Virus record (IMG/VR): IMGVR_UViG_3300032038_000011
Span: 64,001-128,000 of that record
From: a virus
Lineage: Duplodnaviria > Caudoviricetes
DNA length: 64,000 bases
Reading direction: 5' to 3' (one strand)
Below the pieces are notes generated by a model, which had not been told where the DNA came from, did no database searches, and saw nothing but the letters and a program-made list of their open reading frames with translations. A program made the translations under genes and the position numbers. Shown one piece after another: positions 7,950 to 14,896 of this stretch. Positions within the stretch are counted from its first letter, which is position 1, and the number at the start of each line of letters is the position of its first letter.

Positions 7950-8258
7950 TTACCATGTACACATTACTTTTAACATTCCATTGTCTATTTTAATTACGGT
8001 CGAAAAACCAAGTTCTTCTAATTCTGATTTTAGACCTATTTTCAAATAATTTTGTGATTCTTCTGAAACAAGTCCCATACACAGCAGATTAAAATCATCG
8101 GCTGCGCTTTGATAGCCGGCATTAGCTGCGGCAAAATTTGCTTCGTTCATTTTATATAATACCGCAGGAACAAAATCGTTTTTAATACGATTGTATTCGG
8201 CAAGACGAGCATCAGAGGAAACCTTGCGAAGAGTAGCGGCATTGTAGATAGGCGTCAT
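7950..8258 (-). CDS. Hypothetical protein (102 aa)
   Basis: AAGGAGA RBS before MTPIYN; own promoter. Confidence 0.8.
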   Translation of the reverse strand: MTPIYNAATLRKVSSDARLAEYNRIKNDFVPAVLYKMNEANFAAANAGYQSAADDFNLLCMGLVSEESQNYLKIGLKSELEELGFSTVIKIDNGMLKVMCTW

Positions 8259-8392
8259 ATTTATAATCTCCTTTGCTTTTCTTGTATATAGTATATCATA
8301 TATATAAAAGGGCGTCAAGTTAAATGATTATTAATTAGACTATACGTTCAATGTAATTTACAGAAAAGCAAAATAAAACGCGGTTGCCCGCG

Positions 8393-8656
8393 TTAAGGTT
8401 TCTTTGTACAAAGAATAACTTTGGAGTAGTGAGTGAGATATGTAATACCGTTCATTGTAAACTGAACGACATCAGATTCGTCAAAGTCGCGCCATGACGT
8501 TACTGTGCCTTCAATAAGTTCGCCGTTGCCGAGTTCAAGAATTGCGTGGGTAAAAGTCTGGGTTGTGTCCCAACCAACTTGGCGATTGCCAACTCGGCAA
8601 GCAGTCAGCGCGAGAGCAAGGGAGAGAATGAGAACCACACAAATAATCTTCTTCAT
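8393..8656 (-). CDS. Putative lipoprotein (87 aa)
   Basis: MKK + hydrophobic stretch + LTAC lipobox. Confidence 0.8.
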   Translation of the reverse strand: MKKIICVVLILSLALALTACRVGNRQVGWDTTQTFTHAILELGNGELIEGTVTSWRDFDESDVVQFTMNGITYLTHYSKVILCTKKP

Positions 8657-8837
8657 TTTGGGATACCGTTCCTTTCTTTTTTCTTGAATTTATTATAGCA
8701 TAATTATTTTGAAATGTCAAGTTAAAAGGTTGTTAAATAGAATTGACGTTTGATGTAATTTACAATTGTTTAACTTGACATTTCGGGATTGCTATGTTAT
8801 AATGATTACAGAAATTAAGAGAGCGAGGTAATTTGAA

Positions 8838-9026
8838 ATGAAAAGAAAGTGCTACGTTGTTGAAATGAACTCCGCGCTGGATGGTCTGTTTGAACAGTTG
8901 GATGATTACGGTTTTGATTATGAATGTGAAGAGCATTGGCCCGCGCCCGGTTATATAGAAATTTACGTGCTGTATTATCCTCATGAGATTCGGGACTTGG
9001 AAAATATTTTCGCGCCGTATGTTTAA
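8838..9026 (+). CDS. Acidic hypothetical protein (62 aa)
   Basis: Rightward promoter with -35 at 8775; GAGGT RBS. Confidence 0.8.
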   Translation: MKRKCYVVEMNSALDGLFEQLDDYGFDYECEEHWPAPGYIEIYVLYYPHEIRDLENIFAPYV

Positions 9027-9106
9027 CATACGGTTTTATTTTGAAATTATGTTAATTAGAGGATACGTAGTATCTAATTTACATTGAATTAAAATTATGG
9101 GATACA

Positions 9107-9241
9107 TCAAAAGATGTATCCCTGCATCATTTCATCAAATTCTGAAAATGAAATGCCGTTTTCGTCGGGGTCAAGAATGTTCGCCTGATAGTCCCAATAA
9201 ATACGCACCTGTTCCTCAGAAGTCAGATTTTCCCACTCCAT
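9107..9241 (-). CDS. Small acidic protein (44 aa)
   Basis: GAGGT RBS before MEWENL; own promoter. Confidence 0.75.
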   Translation of the reverse strand: MEWENLTSEEQVRIYWDYQANILDPDENGISFSEFDEMMQGYIF

Positions 9242-9402
9242 ACGGGATACCTCGCTTTCGTTTGTTTGCAAGATTATTATAGCAAAAATAAAATGAAATG
9301 TCAAGTTAAATGATTATTAATTAGATTATACGTGCGGTCTAATTAACAGGAATTTAAAATAAAATTGCGAAACTTTTTATGTTTCGCAATTTGAAATTGA
9401 AA

Positions 9403-9543
9403 TTAAGGAATTAATATTTCCTTAACATCCCATTTCATTCCCGTGCAATGCGTGCGCCAATTTGCCGCATTTTGTGCCTCTTCGCGCGTGCGATAGTAGG
9501 AAGAACCTTGAAAACCACCACAATAGATTGCATACACTGTCAT
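9403..9543 (-). CDS. Small hypothetical protein (46 aa), not in the ORF track
   Basis: AAGGGGA RBS; MTVYAIYCGGFQGSSYYRTREEAQNAANWRTHCTGMKWDVKEILIP*; own promoter and terminator. Confidence 0.75.
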   Translation of the reverse strand: MTVYAIYCGGFQGSSYYRTREEAQNAANWRTHCTGMKWDVKEILIP

Positions 9544-9777
9544 TTTAGGAAAATCCCCTTTCGTTTGTTTCTGAAATTATTATATCATTTTTGAAATGAA
9601 ATGTCAAGTTATTTTTATGTAAAATAGAACTTACGTTTAATATAATTTACATAAATTTAATTTGGGTTAGTTTTGGGATTGTCTAAATATTGTCATAATA
9701 AAAACTTTAAAAAGGGTTTGATTTTGAAATTAGTTTATGATATAATATATATAGAAAAGCAAGGGAGGTTTTGGGAT

Positions 9778-9957
9778 ATGCGCGCGAAAGACTATAAGAA
9801 AAGGAATAGTTTTTCATATAAAATTAAAATGTGGTTTTATCGGCTGACTTTTCGGGATGTTATGTCTACCAGTAAAATTGTTATTATTTCTATAATAAAT
9901 TTTATAATGGCGGTTTTAGGATTCTTAATCCTCTTTTTTGGCCCGTCATTTCTTTAA
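9778..9957 (+). CDS. Small membrane protein (59 aa)
   Basis: GGGAGGT RBS; C-terminal hydrophobic segment; rightward promoter. Confidence 0.7.
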   Translation: MRAKDYKKRNSFSYKIKMWFYRLTFRDVMSTSKIVIISIINFIMAVLGFLILFFGPSFL

Positions 9958-10055
9958 GAAAATGAAATGAAATTAGGGTGTGAGGTTTCGGGAATGTAAA
10001 TTATATCATACGTATTTTATAATTAACAAAAATAAAATAAAATAAAAGGTTGGAA

Positions 10056-10355
10056 TTACTTCCAACCTTCCATATATCCTGCGTATCGAATCATAACAAT
10101 TTCATCATCGTAAATGGTAGGCGTGTCACGTTCTTCCATTATCGCGGCGACAATATCACCGCAGTCGAAATCTTCGATTCCTTGCCATATCCATTCATTG
10201 CCATTGAAGTCTACGAGAACCATAAAGTTCTGTTCGTAGTTAATTAAGTCAACTACGAAAGCTTGAGGATACTGTTCTGCGCTGGCACAAGCCACAATTC
10301 CCATAAAGATAGCACAAGCAACAACGATACACCAAACAATAACAAACTTCTTCAT
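10056..10355 (-). CDS. Putative secreted/membrane protein (99 aa)
   Basis: AAGGGAG RBS; MKK + signal-peptide-like N-terminus. Confidence 0.8.
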   Translation of the reverse strand: MKKFVIVWCIVVACAIFMGIVACASAEQYPQAFVVDLINYEQNFMVLVDFNGNEWIWQGIEDFDCGDIVAAIMEERDTPTIYDDEIVMIRYAGYMEGWK

Positions 10356-10473
10356 ACTATATACTCCCTTCATTTGATGGTATAAGTATAACATATATAT
10401 AGTATGATGTCAAGTTAAACTACTGTAAATTAGATAATACGTTTACTCTAATTAACATAGAGTTATCGCGGAT

Positions 10474-10713
10474 TTAACCTCCGCGATAATTTGGATGAAC
10501 TCGTTCGTATGCACTAACTTTTCTAAAACTGTTATATTCTTGTTGCGTTATCTCTTTGCCGAATATAACCATTTTAGTGTGCTTAACACTTGGCATTTTT
10601 CGCGCTTTGTCGCAAGCCTCAAGCAAATTATTTGCTTTGAAAACAAACTTAATTTCAGTGCTTCGACCTGTTCCGCAATGTCCACGATGACAAACGACTT
10701 CAAAGTATTTCAT
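10474..10713 (-). CDS. Hypothetical protein (79 aa)
   Basis: AAGGGAG RBS; CHRGHCG motif. Confidence 0.8.
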   Translation of the reverse strand: MKYFEVVCHRGHCGTGRSTEIKFVFKANNLLEACDKARKMPSVKHTKMVIFGKEITQQEYNSFRKVSAYERVHPNYRGG

Positions 10714-10827
10714 GGTTGTTACTCCCTTCTTTTATTCTGGTTATATTATAACATAGTTCTTGACCTTTGTCAAGTTATGTTTATGTTAATTAGGTTGGAC
10801 GTTTAATGTAATTTACATTAGCTTAAT

Positions 10828-11000
10828 TTCCAGTTCCAGCTTTCCAGCTCCATATAAATGTTAAGTTTATGTTAAAGTTTCCAGCTCCAATGTTAATTTT
10901 ATGTTAATTAGAATGCGGCTTCCAGCTCTCAGTTCCAGCTCCCAGCTCGCGGCCGCGCCGGAGCCGAGGAACTTCCAGCTCCACGCAAATTTCCAGCTCC
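10828..11000. repeat. Cluster of ~10 TTCCAGCTC-like short repeats
   Basis: ttccagct(c) recurs through 10828-11000, all in one orientation, below a promoter at 11136-11163. Confidence 0.8.
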
Positions 11001-11307
11001 CCACCGGCACGCCGACCGGAGCCGAGGCAGGCCAAGGGCGCCCGCGCGAACCGAGCAAATTTACGCATAATTCATATTCTCTTAACATAGCTTTAACAAA
11101 CCTCGCTTCTGAGGGCATATTCCCCCATCCTCTATATTATAGCAGATAAATGTTAATTGTCAAGGTAGTTTATGTTAAAAGTATGTGAATTAGATTAAAT
11201 TTAACAAAGTTAAGCTGACGTAAATTAGACTGCCCGGATAGTCTAATTTACACAGGCTTAATGTTAGTGGTGACTAACTACTATGTTAAAAAAAAGAAAA
11301 GAGGGCG

Positions 11308-11559
11308 TTAAGCCCTCTTTTCGTGGTGGCGCTCGATGTAGCGCAGGCTGTGCAGGCAATCTTTGACGGCCTCGCGCGCGGTCTCCGCTACCCACAAAAA
11401 CGTGGTCTTGACTTCCCACTCGGTCAGGTCAGTAACCTCGATGGTCCATCCCATCGCGGTCTTATTCATCGAAAGTTCAAAGTGTCCGCTCGCGCTGTCG
11501 TTGCCGTGGTCGAAAGTGTAATGGTTGGCGCTGATCTTCTGGATGTAAAGGTTCTTCAT
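11308..11559 (-). CDS. Hypothetical protein (83 aa), last gene of the GC-rich operon
   Basis: AAGGAGGAG RBS; followed by a terminator. Confidence 0.85.
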   Translation of the reverse strand: MKNLYIQKISANHYTFDHGNDSASGHFELSMNKTAMGWTIEVTDLTEWEVKTTFLWVAETAREAVKDCLHSLRYIERHHEKRA

Positions 11560-11609
11560 GATTGTCTCCTCCTTAATTTTAGGTCGTGGGAGGGCTTGCG
11601 CCCTCCCGA

Positions 11610-11804
11610 TTATTCGCGGTAGTCGTCGCGGCCGCCGTTCTTTTTGACGGCCCAGTTCTTTGCGCCTCGGGCAGTTTTGTAGACGCCCTTGTGTTCCCAG
11701 TGGTACTGGGTGCCCTCGCCCACGTGGTACTTGCCATCGCGGTCAGGCTCGGTGTCGTAGGTGTAATAGTGGTATTTGCTGCCGGTGTAGCCTGCCTTCA
11801 TCAT
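11610..11804 (-). CDS. Hypothetical protein (64 aa), paralogue of 5756-5938
   Basis: GAGAGGA RBS; shared DGKYHVGEG motif. Confidence 0.85.
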   Translation of the reverse strand: MMKAGYTGSKYHYYTYDTEPDRDGKYHVGEGTQYHWEHKGVYKTARGAKNWAVKKNGGRDDYRE

Positions 11805-11832
11805 TGTAACTTCCTCCTCTCAGGGACGGGCA

Positions 11833-12216
11833 TTAAGCCCGTCCCGTGCTCCTCAAGTATTCCTGCCAGACTCGCTCCACCTCGGCGAGGTAGTCATTGA
11901 CTACCTTGCCGGTGAAGCGCTGAGCTGCGTAGTACAACTCGCGCAGGTCGTAGTGGTGGAACGCTTCCAACACGTCCCTGCCCTCGTCGGACTGGTTCAG
12001 ATCGTAGTCCCTCAGGCTGGGAGTCAAGTCCTCGGGATGGCCGTAGTAGACCATGACCGCGAGGCGCTTCTCGGGTTCGAACTCGACGTGGCCGAAGCCG
12101 CAGTTCTCAGCCTCGGTATCGAGGTCGAAGTTCATGGAAAACTGGGCCATGCAGAACTGCTCGTCAAAGAGCAGGCCGTACTCGGTAACGGTGGTGTTGT
12201 AGTTGCAGATCATCAT
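11833..12216 (-). CDS. Hypothetical protein (127 aa)
   Basis: AAGGAGGT RBS before MMICNY; GC3-rich codons. Confidence 0.85.
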   Translation of the reverse strand: MMICNYNTTVTEYGLLFDEQFCMAQFSMNFDLDTEAENCGFGHVEFEPEKRLAVMVYYGHPEDLTPSLRDYDLNQSDEGRDVLEAFHHYDLRELYYAAQRFTGKVVNDYLAEVERVWQEYLRSTGRA

Positions 12217-12271
12217 TGTAGTAACCTCCTTGTATTTGGTCGTTATTGTAAAGCTGAGGGGCTTGCGCCCC

Positions 12272-12391
12272 TCAGTGGTTGCGGCCATGAATTACCTCAT
12301 TCATGCCTTTGATTTCTACCTCGTTCGCCTTGAACTGTTTTTCAAGGCTCCGCAGGTCCAGCACCATAGCGATTATAAACAAAGTCAACAT
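12272..12391 (-). CDS. Small protein (39 aa), not in the ORF track
   Basis: AAGGAGGT RBS; MLTLFIIAMVLDLRSLEKQFKANEVEIKGMNEVIHGRNH*; bounded by hairpins like its neighbours. Confidence 0.65.
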   Translation of the reverse strand: MLTLFIIAMVLDLRSLEKQFKANEVEIKGMNEVIHGRNH

Positions 12392-12428
12392 GTTTTTACC
12401 TCCTTCCAAAGGGTGAGGGCTTGCGCCC

Positions 12429-13001
12429 TCACTCCTTCATATCGCGGTCGATCTCGCTGGGGCAGTAGGCCGTGATCCGACCGCCGAGGCCCTTGACCTC
12501 GTCGCGGATCTTGACCTCGTTGCCGTCGGCGTCGGTGATGATGGTTACGCCGTCGATCTGAACTCGGTTCAGGCCGCCGACCCACTTCGCGCCGATGGTC
12601 TTGCAAACCACCTTCTCGAAGGTGCGCGCCCTCGGGCCGGCGCAGGGGCTGGGGTCGAGCGGCAGGTCCGAGTAGGTCCGGAACTTCTGCTCGAGCTGGC
12701 GAACCGTGATCCGGTTGCCGAAGGTCTTGCGGAACGCGGTCTCGCTGATCTTGCGAACCTTCAACACGTTGTCGCTGATCACAAGGAAGCCGGTCTCGAG
12801 GGCGCGGTCGTTGCCAACAACCTCGATCAGGGTCTGGCGGCTGACGCAAGCCAGAACCAACTTGCGGGTCGCGCCGTGAACGCCTGCGCCGTCGGCGGTC
12901 GTCATGGCGAACCAATAACGCTCGGCGTGGCGCGGGTCGTTCAGGTAGTTCAACGCGGTGAGCTTCGCGGCGGCGGCGATGGTGGGATCGTACTTCTTCA
13001 T
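12429..13001 (-). CDS. Hypothetical protein (190 aa), possible PD-(D/E)XK-fold nuclease
   Basis: AAGGAGGT RBS before MKKYDP; C-terminal FE...IDG...EVK spacing resembles the motif (inference). Confidence 0.7.
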   Translation of the reverse strand: MKKYDPTIAAAAKLTALNYLNDPRHAERYWFAMTTADGAGVHGATRKLVLACVSRQTLIEVVGNDRALETGFLVISDNVLKVRKISETAFRKTFGNRITVRQLEQKFRTYSDLPLDPSPCAGPRARTFEKVVCKTIGAKWVGGLNRVQIDGVTIITDADGNEVKIRDEVKGLGGRITAYCPSEIDRDMKE

Positions 13002-13302
13002 GGGGTTTACCTCCTTTTTTGTGGGTCGTTGTGTTTTGTGCTGGTTGGTCGTGCGGTCGGCGGTCGGGTTCAGTTGCTGCTCGCCTGTCGGGTTCATCAC
13101 TGCTCGGCGTTCACGGCTCTCACGTGCGCTGGTCTGGGCAGCTTCCTACTCCCGTCGGGGTCCTTGCGCGTCGCGTCTGGCAGCCGCGACTGGCGGTGGG
13201 CTGTTCAATTTTCAAGGTTCGCCGCTTGCTCGACCTGCTGGCCGTCCAGCCCGGCGGGTTCCTCGGGCTGCGGGGTTCTCGCTCATCCCCCCAACAGCTA
13301 TG

Positions 13303-13345
13303 ATTATACTCGCCCCAACGAAAAAAGCAAGCATTTTTTTTTATT
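13303..13345 (-). promoter_or_regulatory. Leftward sigma-A promoter with A-tract UP element driving the GC-rich operon
   Basis: TTGCTT-N16-TATAAT on the minus strand preceded by an A9 tract. Confidence 0.7.
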
Positions 13346-13486
13346 CATCAATATTCATAGCAAAGGGGGGGGTTATACATAGGATTCTGAATAATTATGC
13401 AATTTTTCGGCACCCACCCTCCCCATTTTCCACACCCCAGTTCAAAATAAAACACCCTCGGCTCCAAAGCATAAAATCCCAAATAC

Positions 13487-13515
13487 TTGACAAATCTAAT
13501 AAAATATGATAAAAT
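13487..13515 (+). promoter_or_regulatory. Rightward sigma-A promoter (extended -10)
   Basis: TTGACA-N17-TAAAAT with TG upstream of the -10 box. Confidence 0.8.
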
Positions 13516-13552
13516 TTAAAATGAAGGAAGTTGTATCTTCAGATAAACGGAG

Positions 13553-14896
13553 ATGCAATATATGAAAAAGAAATACTCACTCGACTACTCTATTGAGCGA
13601 GATACCGACCGATTACACGCCGTTGAAGAAATTTTAGATACTTTGGATACCAAACCTTCCAATTCTGAATTAGAGCAAATGGCTTCCTATATTCTATATG
13701 GTAAGGATGAAGAAGGTAAAAACGCCGTACAAAGGGGCGAAACCACCGACTCCAATAAACGCTACAATAGCTTTCAACGTGCCGCGGACAAAGTCCAATC
13801 GCTTGATGAAATTTTAGAAAACCCATTAAACGACCAACAAGCCCTTCAATCGCTTGAAACCCGCTATATTTATACAAAGAAAAAACCAGCTATACATCGT
13901 CCCAAATACGATAAAAAAACTGGTGAATTAATCGATCCTGGCGATTCCGAAATTCCAGGTATGCAAGACCTTTGGGATTGTATTGACCGCCTAGATCGCA
14001 TCGTAGCAGTAAACGAAGGTAAAATTCCACCCGATGAAAATACCCAAATTTTTAAAGACTCATATCGTCTTTACCAATTAAAGCATTCCCTTATTGATAT
14101 AAGACGCCACCAATATTATCTTAAAGATGCCTACAAGCCCACCCTCCATTTTCTCGCGCTAACCCCTCCCAAAGCTCAAACTTATAATTGGGACGAAGAT
14201 TCCTATTACTGGATGCCCCTCGACAAATGGCAAGAACGCGTTAATAATGCCCTTCTACATACAATAAGTAAAAATTTAGAAGACTATGAAACACGTGAAA
14301 ATCCATACACAAAAGAAATTGAAGTAAAATGGGTAGTGCGTAAACACACATTTGATTGGGAAAACCCATCCCACATTAAAGCATTAATAAACAATTATTC
14401 AGCTATTTATATGGAGCTTAACGAAAAATTAGATAGTTGGGGGCGCACCCTTATTTATGACTTTGACCGCTATTTTGATATGTCTGGGTTTAGTGAAGCG
14501 CGCGAATACATACTAACAAGAAAAATAGACCATGCTTCTTACACCGAAATTCGAGAAGAACTTCAAGAAAAATTTGGTCTAAAATACAATGAAAACCACA
14601 TTTGTACTATTCTCGCAAAAGAAATTCCAGAAAAGATGGCGGCAACAGCTACTAAACATCGAATGCTTTTAACAACGCCAATAACAGAACGCAAACGCTG
14701 TTTTACTTGCAAGAAGTGGTTGCCGCGAAACAACTATTTTTTCGCTACCAATAATAGCCGCAAAGATAAATTTGCTTCTAATTGTAAAGAATGCGAAAAA
14801 CAAAAAAGAATAGCAAGAGGAGGTCAGTCCGCGTATGACAGACGAAATAAAGACGCGAAGATGCTTGAAGTGCAGGCAGGAGAAACCAATTCATGA
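13553..14896 (+). CDS. Phage protein with HTH-like segment and C-terminal zinc finger (447 aa)
   Basis: SYTEIREELQEKFGLKYNENHI helix pattern; CFTC...CKEC. Confidence 0.75.
   Translation: MQYMKKKYSLDYSIERDTDRLHAVEEILDTLDTKPSNSELEQMASYILYGKDEEGKNAVQRGETTDSNKRYNSFQRAADKVQSLDEILENPLNDQQALQSLETRYIYTKKKPAIHRPKYDKKTGELIDPGDSEIPGMQDLWDCIDRLDRIVAVNEGKIPPDENTQIFKDSYRLYQLKHSLIDIRRHQYYLKDAYKPTLHFLALTPPKAQTYNWDEDSYYWMPLDKWQERVNNALLHTISKNLEDYETRENPYTKEIEVKWVVRKHTFDWENPSHIKALINNYSAIYMELNEKLDSWGRTLIYDFDRYFDMSGFSEAREYILTRKIDHASYTEIREELQEKFGLKYNENHICTILAKEIPEKMAATATKHRMLLTTPITERKRCFTCKKWLPRNNYFFATNNSRKDKFASNCKECEKQKRIARGGQSAYDRRNKDAKMLEVQAGETNS

Larger units (their letters stand above)
286..11163. promoter_or_regulatory. 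Set of ~28 near-consensus sigma-A/70 promoters, about one per cassette, mostly leftward
   Basis: Repeated attata-N16/18-tgtcaa on the + strand (TTGACA..TATAAT on -), e.g. 966-994 and 1831-1859. Rightward promoters have -35 boxes at 1936, 8775 and 9718. Most -35 boxes are preceded by TTAAC. Confidence 0.9.
336..11252. repeat. Dispersed array of 25 copies of a 34-bp quasi-palindrome (TGTWAATTAG-N5-MCGK-N5-CTAATTWACA) delimiting small gene/RNA cassettes
   Basis: Copies start at 336, 1164, 1881, 2343, 2789, 3507, 4069, 4559, 5243, 5693, 6007, 6349, 6706, 7051, 7439, 7883, 8329, 8731, 9050, 9315, 9618, 9995, 10424, 10784, 11219. Each is 34 bp with CG at positions 17-18. Example 7051: tgtaaattagact-ggccgtat-agtctaatttaca. 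A degenerate copy lies at 7775. Confidence 0.95.

Noticed and set aside
450-10806. Antisense ORFs overlapping array genes (e.g. 450-794, 2855-3316, 5681-6001, 7098-7418)
   Set aside because: No RBS or promoter; several run across promoters and 34-bp sites.
336-11252. CRISPR array interpretation of the 34-bp repeats
   Set aside because: Intervals are 260-830 bp and contain whole genes with promoters; repeats are degenerate; no cas genes.
336-11252. Classical integron attC sites
   Set aside because: No RYYYAAC/GTTRRRY ends or extrahelical-base pattern; cassettes carry their own promoters; no IntI in the window.
12331-12350. Second boxA-like sequence
   Set aside because: Weaker match, inside a small ORF, and explained by a local hairpin.
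11323-13509. Long + strand and alternative-frame ORFs in the GC-rich block
   Set aside because: No RBS; they are shadows of GC3-rich minus-strand genes that have clear AAGGAGG sites.
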